Shown: positions 13,719-28,203 of the stretch, one piece after another
How positions within the stretch are numbered: the first letter of the stretch is position 1
How the letters are laid out: the number at the start of each line of letters is the position of its first letter
Assembly (NCBI RefSeq): GCF_006345805.1
Contig: NC_043015.1
Location: forward strand, 6,758,001-6,822,000
Source of the DNA: Octopus sinensis
Taxonomy: Eukaryota
Reading direction: 5' to 3'
DNA length: 64,000 bases
Position numbers and translations under genes: made by a program
Notes under the pieces: model-generated
What the model saw: only the letters and a program-made list of their open reading frames with translations
The model's database searches: none
Told to the model about the DNA's origin: nothing

Positions 13719-15429
13719 TATATATATAAAACTGAATATTAAACTTATCCAATATAAAGGCATGGTTAAGGATCAAATTATGCTGCGGGAATTATGACTT
13801 TTCAGAAAAATATGTGTAAGATAACATAATGTGGTACTAAAACGTGAATGAGAGGTGTGGCCGCAAGAATTTGAAATTAAGAATTTGTAAATTTTTATGT
13901 GTAAAGAGGTCTTCACTTAAATCAGTCCTTATAGAATTTCCTGTGTATATACAGGGTCAATTTTATTAGGAATTCCATCACAAGAGAAATGTGCTTGATA
14001 TAACACTTTTGCAGTATTTTTTGATGGTATTTCAACGTATCGATATGCAAGGAAAGACTGGTTGTCATTTTGGTGACAGAGCTTTTCTCAAAATATAACG
14101 TAGAAGAGTAAATCAACGCTCCGAGCTACTAGCGTACAGGGACAGTGCGAGTGTGTAGCAATGTCGTTGAAGATAACTTGAGAAACGACAGTATGGAAGT
14201 TGAATGGACATTTGATGGGTGATTGAGCAATAGATAATTTTATTGCCTGAATACCAAACACCAACTGACCACCAAGTACAAATTTTGAGCTATTTAGAAT
14301 TCAGTGGAAAAAGAAGATCCACACAGTTTAAGAACTTTTGACGATATTATTTAAACATTTCTTTAAACATAATCATTTATTTAAACATAATCTTGGATTT
14401 TATAACAGGATATTTCTACGTTTAATATTTCAGTTTGGGGTATTGAGATAATGAAGCAGATTTAATCAAATCTGTTATCAAAATGAGATACCGTACAAAA
14501 TCTAGCTTCTTCACTAACTAATGGAAGAAATATATTTACAAAATTGTACGACGCTAGTTTCGTATTGTTTGTTATGGTATATTAAATCATGATTTTTCCT
14601 TTTGATTTGAGTACGCATTCAATGTATATGTGTTTCATTTCAAACAACAAGTAAAAATATCAGTATATTGAGATTGACTTAACCTGTTATTCTCAAATGA
14701 ATTTGAAACGTAATTGATCCATACCACCCATTCTGTACGTTATTAAGATTCCGTTATCTCTATAAAGGCCACCCTAAAAATATTAATGTTGGTCTATGTA
14801 ACAGAATGGTAGCAAAAATTAAAATCTCCGCAATATGTGTTAAGTTTCCTTTTCCTTTGTTTTTCCACCTGTATAGTTATGAAGTGAGTGCAATAGTTGT
14901 GTATTTACGTATGTGCGTGTGCCTACATAAAGTAAAGGAACAATACGTTTACAGAGCCATAGCAAAATTCATACACCCACACATACATGTACAGACAAAT
15001 CAACATGCAGGCGTCAACTCAGCATTCTATTTATAATTCAAAATATGTTACAGCGAAACATCTATTATCGCAATGTTTCTGCCATTGAACAAAAGGATTA
15101 AGTTGACAGTCGTAACCTGTCCGACATCTTTGCTGACAGCCAGTAGTTCAATTTAACCGTCATATTTTATTACCAGCCAACCAGTTCCTGCGCTGAATTG
15201 ATTTTAACGTCATTCTCGTCACAGCTGCAGCGTTTCTGCTCTCATATTCTGATGCTTCACCTTAGTATCTCTCTATACGTATATTATTTCTATATTTACT
15301 ACCTAAGTCTATGCTCTCGTTCTTGGTTAGTTCCAGGTCAAACGTGATTCGAGAAATCTCTCATAGGAAAAGCTTACCAGCCTGTAACGATTCTGTCATT
15401 TTTCCGACGTTATATATATATATGTGACC

Positions 15430-15530
15430 GCGTGTGTACCGTTAGCGATTTTTTTTCCTCTGTCTTCCCTTCTCCTATATTTCCGACGAAGAGCTCCGCT
15501 CGAAACGTTAGACCCTCCTTCTTTCCTATA
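15430..15530 (+). mobile_element. Related short repeat with hammerhead-like variant CCGACGA-A-GAGC-TCC-GCTC-GAAACGTT (15483-15509)
   Basis: Same stem II (GAGC/GCTC) and GAAACGT core as the 61 kb copies; flanked on both sides by (TA)n. Confidence 0.6.
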
Positions 15531-15894
15531 TATATATATATATATTCATGTATGTATGAATGTATAGGAGTGGATTATCTTGTGTGCTCTTCCGTTTTAA
15601 AACATAGTTGTGTAGACATTTTTACTATTTCGGGCAGCTTTTACTCTCTTGTTCATGGCATTTCTTTTACTCTATCATTCCTCTCCTACTGGAAATTAGT
15701 GCGATCAGTTCAGTGGTTATAAAGTCCTGTGGAATATCAGATACACGTGTAACAATAGAGATAAGGCAACTTTCTATATGCGTGTTAATCGTATCCTTAC
15801 AATATTTCGTTTAACTCCAGTTAACTTTGATCACGTCAATCTGAATTGAAAGCATTTTCCAGTGGTTCCACTTAACTCAGGTTTAAAGAAATAT

Positions 15895-16293
15895 TCTTTT
15901 CTTCTCTAGACACAAGGCCCGAAATTTTCAGGAGGAAGGGGCCAGTTGATTAGATCGATCCCAGTACGCAACTGGTACATAATTTACCGACCCTGAAAGG
16001 ATCAAAAGCAAAGTTGACCTCGATGGAGTTTGAACTGAGAACGTAAAGACAAACGAAATACCTATTTCTTTACTACGCACGAGGGGCTAAACACAGAGAA
16101 GACAAACATGGACAGACAAACGGATTAAGTTGATTATATCGACCCCAGTGCGTAACTGGTACTTACTTTATCGATCTCGAAACGATGAAAGGCAAAGTCG
16201 ACCTCGGCGGAATTTGAGCTCAGAATGTAGCGGCAGACGAAATACCGCTGAGTATTTCGCCCGGCGTGCAAACGTTTCTGCCAGCTCACCGCC
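15895..16293 (-). mobile_element. SINE family A dimer (full copy 16063-16293 joined to a 5'-truncated copy 15895-16062)
   Basis: The core GGCAAAGTCGACCTCGGCGGAATTTGA and CCCAGT.CG.AACTGGTAC occur twice in tandem; head GGCGGTGAGCTGGCAGAAACGTT at 16293. Confidence 0.9.
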
Positions 16294-17946
16294 GTAGGTT
16301 TATTGAAATAATATGAAACGCTTTAGCGTTTTACATCGACTTCTAATAGGTTGAGTAACGAAGTACATCTTCTGTTATCTCATTTGCACAAGATATTTTG
16401 TTTCGACATTTGTGTAGAAATCTAAAATATCAATAGAAATAGGCTGAAAGATAATAAATCTTCGGTTTACACAGAATCTAGTTTTTATTGGCTCTTTAGA
16501 CAAAATATTTCCTAAGATCACAGATTAATTTATTCTGGTTCCTTTGTATATAGACAAGCTTATATTGGATATTGCGAAACATTTACATATATCTCAAAAC
16601 AAATTTAGAATTGTAATTTACGCAATAATAATTATATTCGGCATAGATATAACATAAATAAAAGAAAATGTAATTATTGATTTAAAAAATAATTAATGTT
16701 TATTTGTGGAGTGGTATAAAATAAGCAATTTCAAAACGTTAGTTTTTTGTAAAACCAATATATGCTCATATTTTTCTCTCTATAGAAAATTACAAATATT
16801 TTCTATTATAAAACAACATTGTTTGAATTAAGTGTAATTAATATTGTTTTTATTTTCATTTTGAGATAAGGAAAATAACAAGTTATATAAGTCCGTTAAT
16901 TATTTGTGTTTTTATCGTATTCATAACGGACAAAAAAAGAGATCGAACGTAATGTGTATTTTGGTCCATTTATCTAGTTATCTTGGCGTCTTGTTAAATT
17001 AATTTCTTTATTCTAGGGAAAGAAAAAGAATAGTCGCTGCTCTAAGGAAAGAAAAATAGAGTCACTGTTCCAGAGAAGTAAAAAAAAATATTCGCTATTC
17101 TAAGGAAAGAAAAAGTCGCTAAAATGGAACTCATATTAGCGACGTTTTTCACATTACACACGAACAGACACACACGCATAAACACTCACACGTACTAAAA
17201 CACACACACACACACTTGATAAGTTGCCGATGGTTAATTAAAAGTATGTCTGCGATAGGGCCTACGTAAATGGAAAGTTGAAGATTACAGTGAGAAGAAT
17301 CGAAATAGTATATGTTCTCTCTATATCAAACTGCAAGTGTTGGTTCTATGCTTACAGAGGTGATGCAAACGATGAGTGCCTATCACTAAAACTGCGTCAC
17401 CGCATTCTGAATTCCGATAATTTGTGTAATTGATAAATCCATTACAACCATCACGATTTCTGGCGTCAGTTACCCTCTGTTGTTAAGAAGCATTAATTTT
17501 CTATCTTGTTCAAAACTAAACACAATTAATTATCTAAAATAAAGTATATTGCTTTCTTGATCACATTTCTTATTTCTATACAATCGTACACATAGTTTGT
17601 TATTCTTTGAAATTTGCTAACAGCTAAAATAATCCAATAATAGATAAACAACTGGTAACTCATGGTGTATATTCTTGCATAATCACATATTTTATTTTAC
17701 CCCCATTTAACGAATTATTTGAATCCAGTGAAAAGTCGTTTGACATTCAACTATTTTAAAATTCTAATATCTAAGAGCCAATTATCGATCCTCCGGGTGA
17801 AGCATACGGCGTCTAAAACACCGTTAAATAACAGATTCACTTAATAAGCATCATAAATAAAAGAAAACAACGGAATAGTCGCAATAAGTGCAAAGATTTC
17901 GATCATAGTAGAGCCGGTGAGGCTTGTCATCGTGTATAAACAAGTG

Positions 17947-18268
17947 TGAGGAGGCGCAATGGCCCAGTGGTTAGGGCAGAGTACTCGCGGTCGGAGGATC
18001 GCGGTTTCGATCCCCAGACCAGGCGTTGTGTGTGGTGTTTATTGAGCGAAAAACACCTAAAGTTCCACGAGGCTCCAGCAGGGGATGGTGGCGGCCACTT
18101 TTTACTCTTTCGCCCCAACATACTCTCACTCTTTTTTCTTGTTTCTTGGGTAACGCTGCGATGGACTGGCGTCCCATCCAGCTGGGGGGAACACATACGC
18201 TACAGTAACCGGGAAAGCGGGCTCACGAGCCTGGCTAGGCTTGATAACGGCACATAAATATAAATAAA
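17947..18268 (+). mobile_element. tRNA-head SINE, family B, full length with perfect target-site duplication
   Basis: A box TGGCCCAGTGG, B box GGTTTCGATCCC, central GCGATGGACTGGCGTCCCATCCAG (V-SINE-like), A-rich tail; 11-bp TSD ATAAACAAGTG at 17936-17946 and 18269-18279. Confidence 0.93.
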
Positions 18269-19219
18269 ATAAACAAGTGCAACACGCTCATATGCATCTG
18301 TGTATCGTTATGTATAGGTGTGGCTTTAGCTGAGTGTCTCTATTTTTGTTATACCACACTATAACATATTTCGTAATTAGTTCGTGATAACTGGTAATTA
18401 CTTCGTCCGCTCTTTCTTGATAATTAACCACTCATTTGCAAACATCGTAAAGATAAACAAAAAACGAGTTCCTCAGTGATATTCGGCACCACCTAACCAC
18501 GATTCTCTTGAGGTACGTTATTCTTTATCCAGCAACATAGACCGCATTGCTGAAAACATAAGCAAATATTTCTGTATCACAAAGCAAAAGAAAAGAAATA
18601 TTACGGTGAGAAAAATATATAGGCGTCAACATTAAATACTTTATTGGAGGTAGAAGCAGCCAAAGAAATATGGCAATAATTTGTACATAACATTTAAACT
18701 TTCAAAATAGCAAGTTATGTGTAAAATGTGATTGCTAGTAATTTATTCTCAAATAAGTTTTCGTGAATATACTTGTATTACATTTCGAAGAGCTAAATTT
18801 CCAATATCGAGTTACAGACCTTCCAGTGCATGGATTCTATTTAATGTTTTCTTAACTTAAACATTAACGTGAAATATGTAGTTTAATACTATAATAGTTG
18901 AATTACATATTGAAACTATTTGGTTAGCAATAATGAAATTATACTTTATATATTTTGAAGCAGCTTTTTTTTCTATTTCACACACGTTACATATATAAAT
19001 TTAACTGCACACCCACTGGCACACATAAAAACACATATGTATGTATACACGTATATTTATATTTATAATTACTGTGTATACAAACACACACATACCGATA
19101 CACATACATGCGCATATATATGTATGAATTATGAATATGTTTCAAGATATGCACATATTAATGTATGTGTTATATATTTTCACTTGCTGAATTTTCAGGA
19201 AAAGAATGAGAAGAGAGGA

Positions 19220-19650
19220 GGAGGTTCAAGGTGACATATACGCAGGGTTTGAAAGACTGGGAAACCTGGTTTGTGTAGGAATTTTACGAAGGATTCACCA
19301 ATGGTGCCGATAGAAAGGATACGAATGCTTTGGTGGGTGCATAACTGGTAGTGGTACGGGCGTACGAGCTCCGAGGAGCAAAGGTCATTATAAGACAGTG
19401 ATAGGAGTAAGAACGTCCTTAGGCTGAGGTTGGCGGATGCCCGTCACCGAAGGATTGCTAATTAGCCGTATTTCCTATGTACGGATGCAGTCCAGAATGT
19501 CAGTTCGCCCTATTTTTTACAAGAGAGCTCAATCGTGGCGTGTAGAATTTTAGCAATATCGCTGCCGAAATATTTAGGTCTTGCCTGTGCTAAGAGGAGG
19601 TAATTACACCAAGAGAGCTTCTTGGTGGCATGGAGTTGCCGCATGTATTT
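19220..19650 (-). pseudogene. Decayed LINE (CR1/L2 group) ORF2 C-terminal fragment
   Basis: Manual minus-strand translation with stops and frameshifts gives ILDCIRT*EIRLISNPSVT and YNDLCSSELVRP, resembling the LLDRIQ.RAIRLI and Y...CSSEL..LVP motifs of such LINE ends; locally raised GC. Confidence 0.55.
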
Positions 19651-22600
19651 ACATTTATAGTCAAACACTTTTCAAATAATAATTTAATTGATATCTTGAA
19701 ATAATCTATGTTACTATACAACGATACACTTATCATATTACGTCAGAAAAGAAATATTTCTTTATTTTTTCTACAAATACGATGTGCAAATTTAATGTTG
19801 TCGTTACAGTAGTTGATGCCAATCTAATTTTCAAGTCGAACGATTTCCATCTGAACGTATTATAAAATCGATTACTATTATCTGATTTATATTGATAAAT
19901 CCAATCATTCATTTTAGTAAAATAATTTATTGTGGAATAAAGAAAATACTTTGTTTCTTGTTGTCCACATTAAAATTACTATTATGACAAGACGAAAAAT
20001 TATAGATGTGCACTTAAAATAAAATTATATAGTAGACAACTACTTCTATATATTCTGAAATTTTACTTAAATTATAGTTCTGTATTATATTTACTGTATG
20101 TGCTATTTAAACTATTTTCAGACATTTTCTAGTTAACTAGCAGTATCACACTTTCTCTCAAACCACTCTGGGGTACATTACTGAATCGTATAATCTTTAT
20201 ATATGGGTGCTAAATAATTATTATTGTTGTAATATCGTGAGAAAATGGCGATAGAAAAAATGTATTTGGGTGTGTCCAGTCTCATTTCATTAATCACTAA
20301 TTCCTAATACACAATTGAGAACAATTAGATTTATCACTTGAACAAGACGAATATATAAAACTAACCCCAAAACTATCTTCAGATAAAAACAGATTTAAGT
20401 ATTTAGAAATTTCTGAAATGCAGACCATATGCTTCATGTGTATGTTACGATGGCTGGAAAAGAGTAGAAATTAGTTCCTAGACCAAATCAATTTGGCGTT
20501 GCATTTTGCTTGTGATACAATTGGGTAGACTTAATGAAATAAGTTTTGGTTATGCGGTGTATTTGAATGAATCATATCAAAGCTTTGTGCTAACATCAGA
20601 CACTTTAATTAGATTAATTAATTGCTTAGATTAATAGAGTTTCTGAATAACAGTTGAAATGTCAAAGCTACGTTTTTCATATACAGCAATATTACAAGGA
20701 TTAAACAGCTTCATTCTTGCACTCAAACATCGTATCTTCAAATATGCAATATTCATTCGTTTAATGAGAAGAAATACATTCCGTTATTAGGGAGGAGGTA
20801 GTTTAAATGTTTTCACTACAGTGCTATAAGGTTGGTGTATGTACGATAGTATATGATAAACTCCTAACTAAATGCCGTCATATTTCTTTCATCAGAATGT
20901 TATGTATTCATACGTAGTTTGGAATAAACAGCACACAACACACCGAAAGAATTCTGTATAGAATTATCAAGTTATACCTATAAACCATTTTGCTGAATGC
21001 CTATAGATTACAAAATATAGTTTATATAATTAATGTAAATATTATTGAAAGACAATATAAAATTTTTAAATTATGATTTCATAATTATTTTGATCTTAAA
21101 ATAATAAATGACGGACGCAGATATAACAAATGAATCGCAATGCGTTTAAATTGTATATACTTGCTAATCTGTGTAGATTAAATACGAAGAATAATTTACA
21201 AATGTTTATTATGATTATTCTTAATATATGATTCTTTATTTGCTTCAGAATTTATGGATGGAAATAGCAAAAATATATGAATAGTTATAAAAATAAATGC
21301 ACAAATATATAAAATTCATATGCCACAATTGAATTAATTGACTCTGAAAATATTTCGAATAGAAATCGATAGGTAAATACAGAAAAATAACAGAAAACAG
21401 TACTAATTTGATTATTTTTAATATGAAAATATATTATCAAAATAAAAACAAAACATCAGAAATTCTAATTTGTAAAAATATAATTTAACAAATTTTTCGT
21501 GTTGTAACAGAGTTGATTGTATTAGTAATGAAAATATTAATTATTTGATGTTAGCAACGTTTAATATATCAGCGCCGTTGATATTATTCGGGTGTAAATA
21601 TTGTTTAGTATTTGCAAAATTTTGTCACAAAACATACAAAGATATTTTTACGAAGTACAGGTGGAACAGAGAGACTGATGGAGGGGACGAATTCGCGCGT
21701 ATGTATGAAGTCTACACGGGAGACAGGGGGCGAGATATACCTCATATATCTAAGAGTTGGTAAATGTAAGAAATTTTAAAACACATATATATGAACTTTT
21801 CATGTGTTTCTATTCAGATATACTGGTAAAGACTTTTGTTTTGAATAGCCAAAAAGAGGCAAATATATATTCGATGTACAATTACCTCTTGTAACTTGTT
21901 GAACCGCGGTAAACTTAAATGTTTCGATTTTAGTTGGTATAAACTGGAAGAAAATTTTGAAAGTTTTTTTCTGCTTTTCCTGAGAAGTCTTTTTATTCAC
22001 AATTACATTTGTAAAGCATACGTGCATTCAAATAAGTGTGTATATGTGTGTGTGTGTGTGTGTGCGTGCGTACGCGTTTGTGTATTCATAGATCCACATA
22101 CACATAGGTAAATTAGCCCAACCTATATTTCCAGAAATTTCCATTCCATATCACGAGTGAGTCTAAATCCAAAATACTCCAAAGTGACTTCATTAAATAG
22201 CAAATGACTGAAAGCCTAACGACATAGTTTCTTACACAGGATACAGAAAGACGTTGCCACACTTTTAGATACATTCAACAAGAATATAAAAATCTTGAAC
22301 TGTAGAGAAGAATATTTCAATACCGAAAGAGGCTTTCACAATTTTTCAGTTATAATCAAATTTCTACTTATACAAGTACGTTCATAGGAAGTAAAAACTA
22401 ACGATAGCAAATCTTTTTTCGGATATATTCGTTCATGATAGTAATGAATCGAAAATGAGTGAAAAGATTTTAGCAAAATATTTTAAAAGCATCTTATTTC
22501 AGGAAATATTTAATATATTTTCCCCAAGAACATACATATATAATTCATATGAATTTAGCTAAATTAACTTACATAAATCAAACCTGAAAAAAAAAAGCAC

Positions 22601-23784
22601 TAGCTGAGATAGAATATATACAAAAATGGCTGAAAAATCCATTTGGATTTTGTTTCTTAACCATTTCTGTTTCAAACGATAACTATTGATAGAAAATGTT
22701 TGAATTAAAAGCTATCTACTTAAAAATAAAACTTTGCTGTATTTAAGTGTTATATTTTCTGTGGGTGAAGAAATATATTACACTACTTTGTTTAAATACA
22801 CACACACACATATACACACATATGTATATGGATTTTTTTTTATATACGCAGTATATAGTTGTGAGCTATAGTTTCATACATTGAAGATGTCATTTACGCG
22901 GGTTTTAAAACACGCCTATCGTCTCAAAGTGATCTTCAGTTTCTAAGCACAAGGCTTATATAAGGTACAAAACAGAACATGACAACAAGAGAAATCATGA
23001 GGGAAAAAAAACCAGATGAAGGTGGGGTGCAGAAATTGGAAGAGTAACACATAAAAGAAGAAAAAATAGAAGGAAAAATTCAAGATTGAGAATTAAAGAG
23101 ATGTCCCATTTACCGCAGAATCATAAGTCTAGATGGTATACATTCAACAGAGTTTAAGCCTACAATACAGCTGATCAATCCGGAGGAGTTGGTGTCCTCC
23201 AATTCGCCAAAAGAAACTTGTCAATGCTTTTTCATTTGACCAAGATTTATGACATGGAATTCAACAGTGCTGTGCAATTCTTACAACTAAACAAGATACG
23301 TGACAGTTCAGTTAGGCATAACTTATATTTTCTTTTATTCATTCTCTTATGACTTGCCTTTTTCTCGTATTTTCCACTTGCTTATACGAGGCATGGAGTT
23401 GTTCTTCAAATTCTTCACATGGCTAACCAACTTAGTGGTTTCAATTTTGCCCATGTGCCGGAAAGAAGATAAGTGGTTAGCATAGAGTCTTTTGAAGTCG
23501 CCTACGCATAAACTGATAGGATTCTCCCTTTCGTTTAAGTAATCATATTGCGTGGGTTACTTTTATTTAAGTAATATCGCACTTCAAACAGGCATAAACA
23601 GAAAAAATGATAGCAGAAAATAGACACCATGACTGAAATAACATCAACAAATGATACGAACACTAAGCCATAGACAACAAAGAGGTTCTAATAAAATTTA
23701 AGGACTACATAAATACAATTATTATCCACCCTACCATGTCACAGGTTTAATTTTAGAGAGGTTTGAGATAGTCTTTAGACTACT

Positions 23785-23818
23785 ACATGTGTGTGTGTGA
23801 ATTTATATATATATGTAA

Positions 23819-23858
<40 letters not shown>

Positions 23859-23872
23859 ATATGTGTGTGTAT

Positions 23873-23923
<51 letters not shown>

Positions 23924-23968
23924 ACGTATGTACATTTGTATGTATGCATGTATGTGTATACATATTGT
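23785..23968. repeat. (TG)n/(TA)n compound microsatellite
   Basis: Read directly; shares a 44-48-bp ending with 24883-25139. Confidence 0.9.
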
Positions 23969-24007
23969 TCACTCAGCCATGTCAGCCTTAAAATTAAGCG
24001 CAAAACG

Positions 24008-24058
24008 TGTTCTTTTCTACTCTTGGGACAAGGCCCGAAATTTTTGGGGAGCGGGGCC
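24008..24058 (-). mobile_element. SINE family A 3'-tail fragment
   Basis: ACAAGGCCCGAAATTTTTGGGGAGCGGGGCCA matches 15911-15943. Confidence 0.6.
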
Positions 24059-24880
24059 ACAGATGTAGAGGGTAGCTTACAAGAAGCTCAAAGCCTAATC
24101 ACGTGATCATCTTCTACAAATCAAATTATTTTCTAAACAGACACTAATTTCAGACATGCTCTCTCCATAAATACGAGAGAATATTCGAAAACTATTCAGA
24201 AGCAGGACAGTTGCGGCATCGCTCAACCGACTTCTATCTTACTTTTATTTTTGAAAATCAGAAAACTGTTAAACCTATTAAGTATTTAAAAAAGAACACT
24301 AGCACTCTTAGTGCACTTTAGATATGTTTCCCCTTCTCTCTCTCTCTCTTGTCACTCTCTTTCTCTCTCTTTCTCACTCTCTCTCTCTTTCTCGTTCTCA
24401 TTCTCTCTACATGTGTGTGTAAATATGTATGTGTGTGTATATGTGCATGTTTGTATATATACATATGCAATTTCTATATCATTGCATTCTTCGTTCCTTA
24501 GCGAATTATGCCTTAACCGGTTTTATGTACACAACTGATTTCTTTTCTTTCTTCTAGAAAATTTATTTCAAAGCTTGCAGAAGAAGCTGTTCTCCGCAGA
24601 TTAATATGAATAAAATTTAATATAGATGGTATCAAATATACTATTTTTTTCCAGTGTTGTATAGCACCATGACTCTAGTTTGTTAAATTCATGTGGATAT
24701 AAATGCATACAATCGCCAGCTACATTTTAACCCCTTTCGCATATTAAATTTTGGCACTTTAGCTTTAGTCAGAACATCATCATCATTATCATCATGACCA
24801 CATTTACAATTTGAAAGTGGACGAAACAACTATGCTTATAAATGAGATAGTGTCTCGTGTTTTGGGACAAACAGACCCAA

Positions 24881-24882
<2 letters not shown>

Positions 24883-24923
<41 letters not shown>

Positions 24924-25139
24924 ATATATATGTGTGTGTGGTGTGTGTGTGTGTGTGTGTGTGTGTATAAATATATATATATATGTATATATATATGTGT
25001 GTATATATATATATATGTATATATATATATGTGTGTGTATATATATATATATATATGTATATGTGTGTATATATATGTGTGTGTATATGTGTGTGTGTAC
25101 GTATGTACATTTGTATGTATGTATGTATATACATATTGT
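24883..25139. repeat. (TA)n/(TG)n compound microsatellite
   Basis: Read directly. Confidence 0.9.
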
Positions 25140-26619
25140 GAGGAGTGTCACGACGACCCCTGCGAGAATAGACAAACCGAGCGACTATGAATAGAAGCGG
25201 TTTGAATGAGATGAGAGAGAGTAGGCGTTAATCGCAGGAAGAAGTAAGTTGACGTTTTTTGTAGTGTTATTTTCTGTTGGTTCGTGCATAGTTTGTGGAG
25301 AGTTCTTTGGATTGTTATAATATTGTTACCCTGCTTCCTTATATATTTATTGTTACTACACGGTTATAGTGTAAAAAAAGTATCTCCGTAAAAACTGGCG
25401 AAACAACATTACATATATAATGATTTATTTCGCTGATGCAGGGCGCTCTCCGTGACATATGCTACACTGTTGAGTAAGTTGGAAATACGGAACGGGATAC
25501 GATTATATATCAAAACACACCAAGTGCAATCCTTCTGAAGAGTTTCAGTGCAATTTCCTCCACCATAATTCCATTCTGAAGGTTTCAGTTAGTTTGAACC
25601 GAGAATGCAGCAATATCTGTTATTTATCCAACTGATTGCAAACGGAGCCCCTTTACAATTCACTCTTACATATAATATTAAAGAAATGATTTATGCAGAG
25701 TTATATTTAACGAAGTATTTTCTTATTGGCTCGCAGCCTTCGCTTCTGACCAGATTCATGCTAGATGTCTTATTAATTCTGCTACATATCTGTGTATCTT
25801 ACTTTGAGAAAGTTTTGCAAATGACTCGTATTCCCTTTGGGTTGTATACTTTTCAAAAATGAGTTATGATGTAAGATATGGTTAAGCAGTTTTTCACTTT
25901 AGCTTCCTGGTCAATTTTCTACTGCAATTTCTGCTATCTTCCTGCGGTAGTGATTTGTTGGTTTAGCAAATTATCACTTTATCCGCCACTCATATATAAC
26001 AAATTCGAATATGACGTCTGTACAAATCAAGAATGAACCCTCGTAATAACCTGTTCTCTAGCTGTAGTATGAGATATTAACATGTAGAGCTGTACATGTT
26101 TATTTGATAGAACTGTTTGCCGGTATTAGATTTATATTTTGAAATTCTTGAATGCTGACCAAATATATATAGAATCATATTTTTCTCTTGCAATCGTTAT
26201 CGCTACTGTGTAATTATATATTTCTATCTGAGCGATGGTATTCACAAGTCATATTTATATTCTTAGGTGGTCTTTTATTCTGGGCGTGAATATAGTTTTA
26301 TCTGACCGTGTGTTGGTTAAGTAAAGTGGTCAGAAAAGTTTACACCGTAAAGATGTAATTCTGAGTTCGATCCACCGAGTGACATATGCAGAAATCTTCG
26401 CTTTAACTAATATCTACCATCGGAATTTTGTAGACGGAAACGCCAGGGAACCGAGTTGTATATCTAGATATATAAATATGCGTTTGCGTTTCAGCGTGAG
26501 TATGCGTTGTAGCCCGTGTGCGTTAGTCGAAAGACACCTTTTGTTAATGTCCTATTATTTGTATTTGTATTTGTGTACATTTTTGTTCGTCCTTGTTTTC
26601 GTATACACTCCCTGCTTTC

Positions 26620-26880
26620 TTCCAATAAATCTCGTGCTATCTGCTTAGTTTTTCCTTGAGATTGGCCAATTTGGAACAATCTCGAATATAACCAGTCGAA
26701 ATTGCAAAGATAATCTGGAACTCGACCGACTGTGGAAAGAAAACTTCGATTGACCCGGCTTTTCTTTTCTTCTTTTTTTTGGTCCTTTTTTCTATCATCT
26801 CTCTGGATGTTTTGTTGTCCCTTTTTTAAGTATCATCAAACTTTCTGGATGTTTTGCGTTCTTTTCCCATTTTTTTGTAT
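26620..26880 (+). mobile_element. Fragment of an interspersed repeat (possibly Penelope-derived)
   Basis: GGAACTCGACCGACTG...CTCTGGATGTTTTG...CTGGATGTTTTGCGTTCTTTTCCCATTTT resembles an abundant octopus repeat as I recall it; family unverified. Confidence 0.35.
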
Positions 26881-26984
26881 TACTTTAAATATATAGAATA
26901 GGGTTTTTCATATCACACATCTTCAAAGTCACAACTCTTTGACAAATTACCGCACCTACAAGCGTTTAGCAACATATACACATA

Positions 26985-27218
26985 GTGTAGTATAAATATA
27001 TGTGTATGTAAGCCCGCATACACACACGCATGCGCACATACACATATACACGTGTATATATATATATACATATGTGTATATGTGTGTATATATGTATACA
27101 TATATACATACATGCATATATGTGTATATATGTATACATATATATATACATACATGCATATATATATATACATGCATATATATATACATATATATATACA
27201 TGCATATATATATATACA

Positions 27219-27257
<39 letters not shown>
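26985..27257. repeat. (TA)n/(TACATG) compound microsatellite
   Basis: Read directly. Confidence 0.9.
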
Positions 27258-27260
<3 letters not shown>

Positions 27261-28203
27261 GGTTTTAGTAATTTCGGAAGTTACCTCGGCATTTATTCAC
27301 TAGCTGCCGATTGACACCGCGCGGTGAATTTGAGAAGTTGTGATATATAATGATGAGACACGTGTTAGTCTGTCTCTAAATTATATGTTAATATTTTGGT
27401 GTAGCCACTGATGAGGACTTGGCCTAGCAAATTATTTTATTTGCTAATTAATATTCGAAATCTAGATATTGTAGTAAAAAAAACAAGGTAAAGTTTTTTT
27501 TAGTTTTCATTCCCTTCAAAATTGCTCTTAAATATGGTTTTGGTCGTTTTGACAGCTCCTTTTAGTATGTAAGGCTGCCTGTTGAGGGTCACCACTTTTG
27601 TGTTTTAATGTACATTAATTTGTCATATACATACATATACATACATACATATATATATATAAATATATATATGCACGCGTATATGATAATGTATGTATGC
27701 GCGTATATGTGTGACTCTATCAGGCGAGTTTTAAACGTAAGTAATATGATTGTAGTCGTACAGGGAATACAAATTTCTATGTTAAAAGTCATAATGTTTT
27801 CTCGATCTCTTTAAGTAAAAACATACCTATTATTTATGTCTAAAACTCATCTGTAAATGTTCCTCCATATATATCATTTATTCCCCTAATCATGGCTAAA
27901 ATCGTATGAAATTGAAACAATTGGATTTATTTCAGAATAGTTGTTTTCATATTCGAAGAAACGGTTTGAGTGATTCTATCTTTCGAAAGGTGGTAACAAA
28001 ACTGTGGCCGATATAGTAGCAGCAAAACAATATAAATTTGCTAATTAAGTGAAACGAGCGCTCTTGCAGAATCGTTAAAACATAACGGGGAGGTTGAACA
28101 ACATTTCGCTGTCGAGATTTAGTTTTAGTAAACGACCCAAAATTTAGATAATCTAGGGTTAAGTACTTAGAACAGGAATCTGCCACTTAATTGCAAAGGA
28201 TTT

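Noticed and set aside
17950-18025. tRNA gene (also 4690-4764, 35112-35175)
   Set aside because: A and B boxes are present but there is no complete cloverleaf, and the sequence continues into a SINE body with a target-site duplication.
20136-20147. ACTAGCAGTATC identical to the Helitron end at 9729
   Set aside because: Only 12 bp; the hairpin and body are absent.
25146-25360. Possible solo LTR (TGT...ACA)
   Set aside because: No target-site duplication and no second copy.
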